A stretch of DNA of 64,000 bases from Blastocystis sp. subtype 4. Its lineage: Eukaryota. The stretch is taken from NCBI RefSeq assembly GCF_000743755.1, contig NW_014569543.1, positions 1 to 64,000 of the forward strand, read 5' to 3'. The notes below the pieces were generated by a model that saw nothing but the letters and a program-made list of their open reading frames with translations, was not told the DNA's origin and made no database searches. The translations under genes and the position numbers were made by a program. Below, one piece after another: positions 1-12,800 of the stretch. Within the stretch, counting starts at the first letter, position 1. Each line of letters starts with the position of its first letter.

Positions 1-116
1 ATGTTCATTCTTTCTATTCTCAATGATTTCATTAGTATGGAATAGATAGAAGTGTTATTGAAGTATCACAGATATCAATACACAATTCATATTGATTGAA
101 TGAATGATCATAACAG
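1..116. repeat. 116-bp AT-rich dispersed repeat, copy 1 (may extend left of the window)
   Basis: Its reverse complement matches 30559-30674 with 2 mismatches. Imperfect terminal inverted repeats: ATGTTCATTC...GAATGATCAT. Confidence 0.85.
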
Positions 117-2008
117 ATTGTGGTTAATCCATTTCTATTCAACACAGAATCTGTACTCAGATCCTTTGAAAAATATAATTATCACCTGACTCTCGACGAA
201 AGATTGTTTGGAAGATGAGATGAAAGAATGATTGCACATAACTATTTGATAAACATTAAAATGAGAGAATTTGAATAAGGGATAAGGAGAATATGAAATG
301 ACCGTTTGCTGACTCATTCGTAGTCTTTTTATAATAATGGTTCTACTGACAAGATATAAACATTAATATGATAGTATTCCTTCATCATTATGTAAAATGA
401 CTTTTAGTTGATATGTATATTGAAACAAATGAACCACTGATTTTGGTAGGATGATGAAAAAGTAATAATCTCTAACTAAAAGGAAAGAATACAAATAGGT
501 TTCTTTTTGAAATAGAATTATCAATTGTGAGCTTACTATACAATTGTTATATTCACTATGATGAGTACTAAGTAACTGCCAGATTGTTGAATATACTCTA
601 GTAATAGAATTCTTCTAGACATCACTATTACAAGTAATTGGATCAGTCAAAATGGAATTACTGTAATGATACAGATACGAGGCAATCTGTGCACCCTATG
701 AATAAGATTGAAATAAATGTAGCCTTCGAAGTATTAAGTTTTGAATATTCACGTCGAGCTATCGAAGCAACTCCCACAGTTTATACTAGAATTGACTGAA
801 TAAAAATGTACCTACAAAACCAACAATGAGAATGATACATTCTTGATAGTAATCGAAAAGATAACATGATAGGTTCTCAACTTATGGTCAAATTGACTGA
901 TTATGTAGAGATAAGATAGGATGATCCGGTTTGGGTTGGGATAGCGTTATTTTTAAAAGCCCATGTGAATTGCATTTTGGTGTTCTTCGATGAAACGCCC
1001 CAATTTAAATCGAAAATGAAAGGCCCAAAATATACATATACTGGGGCTAAATAGAGATTCAGTATTTGGGCGTTTTGAAAATCAAAAAATGCCTATAAAT
1101 AATATTTAGGTGGGGTAAATATGAAGTAAATATACCATTATATCAATAATGGAAAATACCAAATAATAAGGTAATAAAAGAGAATTCTCATATTCGAAAT
1201 CCAATATTTATCACTCGATTATCTCACCAATAATAATCAATCCCCACCCCTGGATCATTTGAATGAATTTTCTTTCTTATTTTAATATTATCCCCCACCC
1301 TCTATACTATTGAAACACAATTATTATGTACTGTAGGCAGGCTCTACAAGGCTTCTGCATCTTGATCTCAACTTATAGGTATCCAAATAGTCCATTCAAT
1401 ATCGTAAACTATCTTAGGAATCCATTCTTTGTCTCTTCTTTTCGAAATAACCAGCATATTTCTGTCGTACAATACTTTCCATTTTCAAGCATTTTACCAA
1501 GATCTTCTTCTTCTACATATCATTTCTTTGAGCATGGTTTTGAACCTTTTCCATACTTAACCAAGATGCATCAAGACCTTGAATCCACATTCTAGTCCAC
1601 ATTGTCGTCATTTTGGTATAAATATTATCTCTTTCCATGCCGAATTTGTTCCGAATCCTATACTGCTTTGTATATACCTGCCAATTCTATTTTCTCTCAG
1701 CCTACAATCTTTCTCCATATGCATTGCCTTTCTTCACCTCCATTTTCTTTGTCCATCTTGAAATCCTGTATCCATTTTATCGTAATTTGATTCAAACAAG
1801 AAAGGCATGCACTTGATGGAGTTTGGAAGGTGATTTAACATTTATATTCTTCTTCTTTTACAATGACAAACTGTGTTATGCCTCTAGCAAATCTAAGAGA
1901 GAAGAGTCTATTAATTGAAGTCGCATTTTGGCCCTGACAATTTATCTATTGGTGTTTCTGAATATGTTTGCATCTTTATTATTCTATTCGACTTACCGGA
2001 TTAATAAT

Positions 2009-3972
2009 ATGAATACCAGATCTTCAATTCTGATATTCTTTTTTCTACTTGTTAGTTGCTCGTCGATAGAGTTTGATACTGGCTTTAGTTCATGCTTGTC
2101 ATATAGTGATGATAAGTTGATGAGGATGATTTGTTCTGATTTATAGAAGAAGTAATTGTGACAACAACAAGGTGTTTGTGGATCATCAGAGAATGAAAGA
2201 CGATTTTTCTGTTAGCTACAGTATCTACATAGGCACTTCTATGGAACAGTTCAATACTACTTACACTATGACTGAGTTGTTTTATAAAGGGGAGAATCCT
2301 GATCTTACGGGAAAGCCTGATAAGTTCGATTCTTTTTCCGTTGGGAATTCATATATTGAGGCTCTGAATGTTCCTCTTGGAACTTATGAAGATTTAGAGA
2401 ATGGAGTGAAGCAGAATGACTATGTATTGTATGCTGCTGTGGATCTTATGAGAGCTGTCTATTCTGAAAAGTGGCCTAACGAAAAGGTATTTGCATGCTT
2501 TCTGTATTATAGTTATAGTGGGATTTTTCTGTCGATTCTATTCGTTATGATCTGGCTCCAGGAAAGGATTTACTGAATGCTAAGGTTGTGTTCCCACACC
2601 TTGCTGTTACTGGGGTTTGTCTGGAGAAGGATTTCAACAAATTAGCAGCTAGTTGTCCAAGAGTAGATATGTTTATTCTGTCTCATTGATAGTATCGTAT
2701 TACCAACTGGTATCGATTAATGCAACAGAAGAATCAGGATTTGGTTAATCTGCTGAAGACTAAGAATAATCCTGTGTATGTTCAGCTGGGATTGAATCCT
2801 AACTATTACCAATTCCATTCACCATCTGCCGAAGATCCCATTACTGCTGGATACTGGAAACCCTCTTATGCTGGGGTGTTGACTGGTTATGATTTCACGA
2901 ACGGGAACAAAGGGTTCTGGGAGGTGTACATTCGTCGACACAACTATAGTGAGAGCGTAAATTACAATTATGTGAGGGTGGGTGCTGTCTTTGAGAAGAA
3001 AGGCATGTTGCGTAATCCTTTTGCTGCTATTTCCAGCATGGCTGTTTCTATTGATGTGCCAGATGAATACCATGATAGCTCATCAGAGGATGGGAACAAA
3101 GTGATTGAATTCACTAAAGATCGACTGAGTTCAGTTAAAAATCAGACTTCGTTTGAAGCATTGGCTGATGCTATTATTAGCGAAAGTCAAGGAAAACCTG
3201 ACCAACTGGTTCAACGAGAGGATATCGAAACTGTCATTATTTATTTGGAACCACTGTTGACTAATGGTGTTAATTTCGCTCTCAAAGATGTGTTCAATTC
3301 AATTAAGACACTAGTTGTGGATGATGAGATGCTCTATGATGGATGGATGGTCTTTAGTGACTTCTGGGATTCGGAGTATGTATACGTTACACATTCGGAT
3401 TTTACTGGTCACCGTCTGGATGATAACATTGTTCTGAAAGATGTGACTGTCACTGGTAAGTTGAAGGTCTTGTCTTTTGGAGTTAATTCAGCTCGCTATA
3501 ACAATTTGATTGTACGTGGTAAGAGAAGCTACAGTCATTGAAATGTAGATTGTCCTAATCTGGAAACTATCACAATGCTGCGTGATTCATTCAAGAATGG
3601 TGTGATTCTTACCATTGAGAATTGCCCGAAACTAACTCAAATCAACATGGGAAGAGAATCATGGACTTTGGTAAAGGATCAAGGTATTGAGGGTGCAAAA
3701 ATGACTCTAAAGTGTATGCTTGATGGTGATTATTGAGTTGTAGCACTTCCTGCTCTTGCTACATTAGTGTTTGATTATCATGCTGGAGACAATTTCTTAA
3801 GGCTTTGGATACTGGTTTGAAGGATGTTGACTTCACATTGATTGAGGATACTGCTTTCTCTGGTATGAATTTGTATTCTCAGAATGAGAATAACAATGGG
3901 GAACTTGATAACTATTTCTATAACAAGAGCAATAATCCAAACCCAACGGATGGTCCCACTGTTGCTCCTTAA
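2009..3972 (+). CDS. Secreted multi-domain protein with SPRY-like segment and C-terminal LRR-like repeats; apparent frameshift near 3797
   Basis: Signal peptide MNTRSSILIFFFLLVSCSS; about 5 short introns; SPRY-like GYDFTNGNKGFWEVYI; LRR-like DCPNLETITM and ENCPKLTQINMG. The last exon reads KALDTG...PTVAP* only after a 1-nt shift. Confidence 0.6.
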
Positions 3973-4038
3973 TGTTTCATTATGTACTATACTATTCTCA
4001 TATTGTTTGCTTCTAACAAACATTGGATAAATGACCCA

Positions 4039-4503
4039 TTACTTTCCTTTTCTCTTTCCCTCTCCCTTCTTTGGAGGTCCCTTTCCCTGAAATCTCTTTC
4101 TCCTAGCCTTCTTTTCCCAATAATCAGCCTGATCTGTTCTATAAGAACTTGCAATCCCTCCATCCACATGTCGTCGCGTTCTAGCATAACGGTAGAAGAA
4201 AAGCTCTTCCTCATCAACCAATTGTCCAGCTTGCTTCTTTGCAAATGGATCTGATATCATTTCCGAATAGCGTAGCCACTGATACGGAGTAAAACCATTA
4301 ACAATCAGATCATTAGTGGGATACTGCAAAGGAGTTCGTAGAATTTCCTTGATTGTCCTCGGATTAGTCAATTCCATTTGTTTAGCGATTGGCTTCTTGT
4401 TGTAAGGTTTCAATCCCGTTCGAGCGAGAGAAGTAGTTGGCAAATTGCCAAAGATCACTCGACTGAGTTCTTGGATTTCCCGAGGGATTACTACCTTCTG
4501 CAT
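4039..4503 (-). CDS. MRPS33: Mitochondrial ribosomal protein mS33
   Basis: Intronless 154-aa ORF; N-terminal LSRVIFG and C-terminal GKGPPKKGEGKR are hallmarks of mS33/Rsm27. Confidence 0.85.
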   Translation of the reverse strand: MQKVVIPREIQELSRVIFGNLPTTSLARTGLKPYNKKPIAKQMELTNPRTIKEILRTPLQYPTNDLIVNGFTPYQWLRYSEMISDPFAKKQAGQLVDEEELFFYRYARTRRHVDGGIASSYRTDQADYWEKKARRKRFQGKGPPKKGEGKRKGK

Positions 4504-4693
4504 TATGAAGGAATGAATCAGGTTGGTGAATAGTTGGGATTGTCCATACTAGACAGATCTTGGGATCACCCAATAGTATTGATTTGGTAAATGCTTCAAT
4601 CTATCCTACACTATCTATTCTCTCTTGACAAACAATTCACAAATCCATAAATCTTAATCATACTAACAATCATTCATAAATACCTTTACTCAT

Positions 4694-6604
4694 TTATCGC
4701 TTTTCCATCTTCAACTGAACCTATCCCTCACCCAACAATTCACACTCGTACTCTTAGTATCTTATTATCAACCTTAAATCCATTCATGGTTTCAATCGCC
4801 AATCGAGCCGATAAAACCGAATCATAACTTACAAAACCAAACCCTTTACTCTTCCCAGTCTGCTTATCAATATAAACCTTAGCTGACACAATGTGTCCAC
4901 ATGCAGTAAACAATGTTTTCAAATCTGCGTCTGTGACACTCACAGGCAGATGATAAATAAAAAGATTCGCTCCTGGAGGTCCCTCCTTGTGAATCCCACG
5001 GTTCTCAACAGGTGAATAGGTTCCACGGGAATACGCTTGTGGAGGATAGTGGTAATACGAATCAGATTCATTGGTCCATTGGGACCCATAGGGAGGTGAA
5101 GATGGAGAAATACTAACAACATATGGAGAGTAGACATTTGTTTCATTCATATACATGGCAGAGGGAAGCGAAGAGGGAGGAGTAATCTCAGGAATACCAG
5201 GGGGTGGTTGATCATCTTGATACCTCTGAGGAGTACTCTGAGGGACACCAGGAGGAATGGGATGATACGATTGTGAATAACTAGGGATAAAGGATTGTGA
5301 GGCTTGAGGGAATCTTGAAGGAAGTTGGTATACGGCCTGCGGATTCTGCATGCATCCTAAACATTCATTTGGCACTCTCGGATCATAGCGATCAGGTTCA
5401 ATCTGCACTGTTGACGGATACCATGGATCCTGACTGGGTTCAACAGAGGCTGGATAACTGGCTCCTACAGAGGATGCATATCTCTCCTCATATTCATCCA
5501 TACCAAACTTCTTTTCTCTACAATGCTCTCGTGAATGAATCTCTGGCAGAGAACATGCTTGCATCTCCGAATCTGCATCCGAGAGAACATCTGAAAAAGC
5601 GAAACCATTTGTATCGGAGACTGCATGAACCGGAGTAGTACTTCTCACATTCTCATACAACGCATCGAGAGATAATTCACTCTGATGGAACGAACGTAAC
5701 GGAGACATTTGTGGAGATGTTTGACAGGACCGATTCTCCATAGTTGAAGGGCGTTGCTGAGAGTTCCTACAAAAAGCTGATGGCGAGGTGAACGCTTTAT
5801 CATCTTGGAACATAGTTCGATATTCACTGGAAGGAGCTTTGAATCATAATACCATCTGAAACCTACAGAGTGACTGAGGTCTGGTCGTCTCATTTACCGT
5901 TTCTACAGGATTGTCCATGTAAAGTGGAGATGACATTACGAAATCGGGAGGAGGAGGATACATACGATAATATGGCTCAATAAACTCATAAGGACGAATG
6001 GAAAGTGACGGAGGCTAGGGAAAACGAATAACAGAAACACCTACACTTATATTTGACATGTCCATAGGAGCCTTTCTAGAATAGGGATAATAAGGTAGTG
6101 GCTCCCTTACAGGTACTTGGGTCCGATTCCGACGATTATGGGGATTTACAGCATACGATACATTCAAATACTTGAGTTGCTAGAATGTTACAATGAACTC
6201 ACACATACATCTCGAAACCTGATACGGCTATCCAGATTACGAATAAGGAGGTCTGCCTTATCTTCTGAATCAACATATACAAAGGCACAGCCTAGGTATT
6301 ACTAGGAAGTACAGTTCTGACCCCTTTGTTCACCGGTGACCGAATCTTGAATTAGATGCAAACCAAGGATAGGACAGAACTGGGAGAGAAACGAATGAAG
6401 CTCCTCTTCCGAAATAGATTTGGGTAAATGACCAATGAATAGCTTCTTTGGGAAACTGCGATTAGCATTCCGGGATCGTGACGTAGATCCACTTCTTGGG
6501 TTGAAATAAGGCGTCGAATCGAATTCTATAGGTCAAACACCCGAATCACTCCAACTGTTACTAGAATCCTTATGTGAAGACGAATCCTTTCTACTGTCAT
6601 TCAT
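4694..6604 (-). CDS. CELF/Bruno-like RRM RNA-binding protein
   Basis: N-terminal RRM (KLFIGHLPKS...CAFVYV), Pro/Ser-rich linker and CELF-type last RRM EGPPGANLFIYHLP...KSKGFGFVSYD; several ~30-nt introns. Confidence 0.8.
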
Positions 6605-6708
6605 TTCCACAAAAAAAGACAAAAGTGTCGGTGAGATAGAAAACACCTGTTATAGATGATAGATTTTTATGAACTCATTAAATAGAATCGCATCAAATTT
6701 TTAACGAA

Positions 6709-6781
6709 TCCGAAGTAGTATAGTGGTTAAGTATTTCCGCCTGTCACGCGGACGACCGGGGTTCGATTCCCCGCTTCGGAG
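6709..6781 (+). tRNA. tRNA-Asp(GTC)
   Basis: Acceptor stem TCCGAAG/CTTCGGA, D-arm TAGTATAGTGGTTAAGTA, anticodon arm CCGC-CT-GTC-AC-GCGG, T-loop GGTTCGATTCC. Confidence 0.97.
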
Positions 6782-6875
6782 TTTGGTTGTTTTTCTTGAT
6801 GCACTGAAACATCTTTTTACTTCACTTCTTTGTTTCAATTTAACGTAACAACAGATTGTTATTGTTGCAAGATAG

Positions 6876-9800
6876 ATGTTTGAGGATCTCGTTAGTAGTC
6901 TTCTTTCTACCTATCTAGGAGACTATCTGGAAGGTCTGACAAAGAGCGATTTGAAAATATCTCTATGGAAGGGAGACGTGGAACTCCTAAATCTTGTAGT
7001 GTTATCTGTTTTATTCGATTTTAGAGAGTCAAAACCGAGGCTTTGGATAATCTAAATATTCCCATTCAGGTGAAAGATGGATTTGTTGGGAAATTGACTC
7101 TCAAGGTACTTTTGGTTATGATTTCTGATGATTAGATTCCATGGAAGAATTTGGGAAAGAAACCTACAAAGGTGTTCTTGGATGATGTGTATGTTATTGC
7201 CTGTCCGAAATCAGAATTGGAATTTGATGAGACCAAGAAAGCAACTAAGGAAAGGGATATCAAACGGGCACAATTAAAGGTAGATGTTTATTCATGGATT
7301 TACAGTAGGCGGTTGAAGATAATGAACAGCATATTGAAGAGGAAATGAATACAAAGGAGTACACGTCATCCACAGCCAAATTGCTTGCCAAGATTATTGA
7401 CAATTTTCAACTTCGAATCAATCGCATTCATCTTCGTTTTGAAGATCATTCGTATGGATTTGTTGAGACTTTTATCTAGTTCTTGTCCAGGACGTCCATT
7501 TTGTGCTGGTATTGTTCTTGAAAAGTTGTATGTCACTTCATTAAATGATGGAACTGCGCCAGAAGCCTCTGTTCCTATTCCAGGAGTCATTGACAAACGT
7601 GTGAAGCTTCACAAGCTGGGAATCTACTGGGACTATCAACAGTCCACGAGTATTGACACATCATCTCCAGACACTCTGTTTCATGGAATGATTGCTCCCT
7701 TCTCCTCTTCATCTCCTTTAACTCCTAAGCACTATCTGTTGCAACCTATCTCACTCGAATTAAACCTTCATTTGGATATGCGGAGAGTAGAACTACGAAG
7801 ACCAAGTGTAGAAGAAGCAGTATCATTCGTTTGTTCACAATTGCAGTGGCCATCAGATGAGCTCACAATCCTTCAACGATGTTACTGTCATATCCGGAAG
7901 AATGACCATCAAGGACGTAGTATTGACGAAGAGTGGGGATTGGTACGAGACCGTCTACTACAGAAATACGGCTCCATGTTCACCTCCAAGGAAGCACTGA
8001 GACATGCTCGTATATTCTGTGAACAGTGTTGGGAAGTATCAAACACAGCCTCTCCCATGGTTGTAGTTGATGGAGAAATGGATCGATTTGTCTTGTCCAT
8101 TGATAGGGAGCAGTATCGTGATTTGTTGGAGTTTGTTAACAGTCTGAGCATTCAAACCATCAAAGCCAGATATCATCATTTTCGTCCTAAAGGAAAGGAT
8201 CCTATTGCTGCACCTCGAGAGTGGTGGCAATTTGCAATTAAGGCAGTAATCAGCAGTACTCAGCAGACTCGGAAACCAGGTAGTTGGAGAGAGTATCTCA
8301 AGTTCAAAGAATTACGTTCTGAGTACATCGAACTCTATAAGAGGAAGAATGATTCAAAACAGACGGCAAAGAAGGATCCACGTGTGCTAATGAGACTTCA
8401 GGAACTTGAGGATGAGTTGACACTGGGAAACATTCTTCTCTTTCGCAAGATAGCTTTGAGTGAATTGAATAGTGAAGAGAAGAAGAGGAAGAAGGGTTTG
8501 TTCACTCGCAAGAGTCGGAAGACTTTGGAATCTTCACATAGTCCTGTCTCGGATTCAGAAAATGATTTCGGATGGAATGAAACACGACGGCAAGAGTTAC
8601 TGAGTGAATTTGATATATCACCAGATGAAGAGTCGCCTTGGGAAGGGGGTCAACCGAAGGATATCCAAATTCGTGTCGATTTTCGTCTTCATACTGTGGG
8701 GTTGGATCTAATTAGTGGTTCATCAAAAGTGATTGTCTGTAAGTTGAAGGAGTCCTCGATCCGTTTCTTTAAGCGAAAGGAATTCGTTCAGTTTTGGTGT
8801 TGTGTTGAAGATGTTCATATAGAGGACAAGAAGAATAAGAAGAGTCCTTGGAGACACATTATATATACCGAAAAAGAGAGTTCTTTTGACAATACTCGTA
8901 TTGTCCAGTTTTTACCATCAGATATGGTACGAAAGCATGGAATTCCATTTTTACAAGTGGTTATTGAATCTCCTTCTCTTGATCAAAGTATGGATTTGGA
9001 GATTCAGGTGAGTTCTCTTCCCTTGGGATTGGTGGTTAATATTCCTTGTCTGATGGATGTGGCTGCATTTTTCATGTCGGATCTGAATGGAAATCATTCG
9101 AGTTCTGTCCAATCATCCAGTGGTTCTTTCCAAGAATCTCTCACTTCACCTACTTTCACATCATTCCAATCAACCTTCTCCCCTTTCCAATCAACGTCTC
9201 TCCTGAAAGAAAGACGACATAGAAAAGTTGCTAGAGAGATTGCCACACACAAACGAATCAAATTGGATGTCAATGTTGGTGCGCTGAGTGTTCTGATTCC
9301 TGCCAATGTGAATGAAGATGTTAAGCACACTCAAATTGTTGTGATTCGTCTAGGGGATATTTCAATCCATAGTAATCCTATTCCAATAGATAAGAAAACT
9401 AAATTGACAGAAGATAAGATTTATGACATGTTTTTGTTGACTGTTAGTGATATTGGACTCTTACTGACAAATTATCATGAGAACTGGCAATCAACTGATG
9501 TTCAGACTACATACAATCTCTCACTCATACACAATTTTGATATTTCTGCTGCTATTGGGATTAGTATTGCTCCATCAGAACCTCAATTTGCTTCTGTGAA
9601 AGTTGTCCTCTCTCTATCTCTGATTGATATTTCACTCACACAGAAACAGTATACGGAACTGATACGATGGATTCGAGACATTACAGATACGGCCATTGCT
9701 CTGATAAATCAGAATCATGTGGATTTCCATAATCTCTCCACAGCTATGGTCACACGTTTCCTCCCAGAACCTTCTGCTTCAGAAACTACTCCTGAAGAGC

Positions 9801-12800
9801 AAGAAATGAAACGAGCATTACGGGAGTATTCGGAAGAAGAGAAGGTCATCCTTCAACAGAACTGCATTCTCCAGTTTCAGTGCATTTTCAAGGGAGTTAC
9901 ATTAACATTGATTGAAACGGATGCTTTGGATACTTCCACACCATTACTGGAAGCGACAATGAATGATTTGGAACTGTCGCTTCAGAGACGTTCATTCGAT
10001 TGGACTGTGAACTGTATTCTCGGTGATATCTCGGTCAAGGATTGTCTTAGGTCCAAGCTTCTAGGGTATGAAGTGTTTATGGTTCTGTCAGATAATGGGA
10101 AGGAGACAGCACCTCAACTGATCCGGATATCAGCAAGTGTGATTAATCAGGATTCTCCTGAATATGCTGCTTCTTCAAGTGATGTGTCTCTGAGTTTGGA
10201 ATTCGGTTCGATTATGATGCTTGTTTTCCGACCTACAGTATCTCATCTCATCCATTTTGTTCTCTCAGATATCCATTTATCCATACCTCCTGAGGAATCG
10301 AATCTACAGTCAGAATCTTTCACTTCTTCAGATGTTCCTACAGAGCCCATTATTGTGTACTTGTATCGACAACTCAAATGCTTGCTTCATCATCACAAGT
10401 CGAGGAGAGAGTGGCTTCGTCGTGACCTTCAAGTGACAATTACTCTTCAATCTGCATCCATTCAATTACTCACAGATCAGGGAATGTGCCTAACCGTAGC
10501 TGGTATTCAACGAATTGATATTGGAGTTGGGATTTGTCCTGCACTGATTGAAATCTCAGGCTCATTAGGCGATCTTCAAATCACAAACTCCAGTGAAGAT
10601 GGTGGGTTGCATTCGTCTATTCTGTCCATTACTGAAGCCTCTACTACATCATCATTCATTCAATTTGTGATTACTGTTTATCGACAACGTTCTTATCCCC
10701 AGTACCCAGGTCATCGTCTCTCTCTCACTTGCAATATCCTAAGTCCATGTCTGACTTACTGTCGTCGGATATCTGAAGAGCTTGTGAAGTATTTTGCTGT
10801 GGGATCTCTTGCTGAGTGTCTTGGCTTGATCTACGATTTGGTTAAGAATCGACATATTGCTTCCACAAGGAAACGATCTAAACCCATGTCCATGATTTCT
10901 TCTGCTATGGAGATGGGAAAGACTCTCATCACTGAAGGAGAGAAGGATTGTTCGCTTCCAATCATCCTTCCATACCTTAATGTTACAATTACCAACTTTG
11001 TTGTTCAGATTCCTGAGTCTACCACTAGCGAGTCTATGACTGTATTTGAACTGGGACGGATAACCATATCCAATAGTGAACCTTCGCTTCTAGAGTCTGA
11101 TATGGATCAACAGATTCTCACCAGTCTAAATACAGTCACTCTGACTCTTCAGAAGATGTGTGCGTATACTGTCCAGCCCTCTGTTCCACCTCATGCTCTT
11201 ATTGGTAACATTTCTATTGAGGCAACGATGATTGTGGGTCATCAGCTTGGTATAAGGATTCACATCTCGAAACCTGCCGTTACAGTGAATGAGCAACAAC
11301 TCTCCTTCTTCTTACGAACATTGAATGGGAATCTTCATGAAAAGTCTCTTTGTGAGGAGGATCTGAAGTGGATTCAGGAGACTTTGACACAGTATCGATC
11401 AACGAGGGCTTCTTCTAGAACCCTGAAGATTAAAAATGATATTTCTGTATCAGTCGCTCTCGATGGCTTACTAATCGAATTCTTGAATGGATCTGGAGGG
11501 TATTCACATCCTGTTACTGGGAAGGACTTGGCAGGATGTGTCGGAATGCAACCAACTTCAATGATGTACGTAGACATCACAACCCTTCATGGTTTCCTTC
11601 TGATCATGAAGGATGAAATGTCTGGTGGTCTTAGTCTCTCGTCTGTCTCCATTCATGATTCGCGCCATGGTTCTTCAATTCATTCTTCTTTCACTGTTCC
11701 ATTTCTGTTCGGGGGAGTTGCCAAACCAGCCATTACTGTTCTTCTGAAGCTTCATAAGAAAGAAGCTAGTTCATATCCCGAGTTATTGGAAGCTGGTATT
11801 TCTCCTGATACTCGTATTCGAGATGCTTGTGTGTCGATTCGTATTGGAAACCTTCGCATTGTTCCTACACCCTGGATCTTTCAGTTGTTGACACAAATAG
11901 ATACGCTTAAGGCTGCTCTTGTTAAGGAACTTCCTTCTTTCCATCATTCAACTCAATCGTCTCTTTTTGGTTCTTCTGAATCTTCAGAGCTAGGATGTCA
12001 TGTTCTCCTTGATGTTCGAGTTGATAATCACTACATATTCCTTATTGAAGATACAACCCGAGAAACCTCTCCTTCCTTCTTAATCACATTTTCAGCGGAT
12101 GCTTCCATAGGCATTTCACCACTGCAGAATCTAGATGTAACATTAAGTGTCAGTGGACTTCGAGGTTGTCGTGGTTCTATTATACAGAAAGAGATACCTC
12201 CACCAAGTATGATTGATGTCATCAACCCATTGGATGTGAATATGAATCTTCATAGTACTCATAAGATGAAGCAGGTGAATGGCACCTTGACTTCAGAGCG
12301 AATAAGTATGCGTGTGAGTATGAAGGATCTCCTCCTTATGACCAATGCCATACAGAATCTGGTTTCATCCTCTCTTATTGCTAAAGGGAAGTCAGAAATG
12401 ATCTCTGATGAGAACAAGACTCTCTCTGGAGGGATGAAGACTGTACCAAATAATAACATTAAGACAGGCGTCCTTTACAATCTAAGGTCTTCTTATTCTC
12501 TACCCTACTGGCTACAAGGACTTCGCTTCCCATGGATTCTGAATTTCTTTGGCAGTGTGAACGAGATATCAGTTGTTGTAGTCAATGATACTGCTGATTC
12601 TGAACTGCCCATCGCTCATGGACTTCTCCAAGGGACTGTACTTTCACTTGGAATGACAGAAGAACTCTTGAAAGTAGATGGTCAGTTCAGTATGGAAGCC
12701 GAGTACTATGATGCCATGAAGAATGTATGGGAACCCGTAGTCGAACCGTGGACGATCCATGCTGTACTGGAGATGGAGCCTCGAGAAAGAATCTTGCAGC

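Noticed and set aside
130..930. Possible minus-strand spliced gene
   Set aside because: Intron-like segments are present, but I could not assemble a consistent frame or recognise a family.
940..1310. AT-rich region with AAACGCCC/GGGCGTTT inverted motifs and CCCCACCC runs
   Set aside because: Short, irregular matches; no definable element or telomeric array.
1330..1790. Minus-strand MORN-repeat-like remnant (QIRHGKR*YLYQND)
   Set aside because: A single weak motif among many stops; not enough to call a pseudogene.
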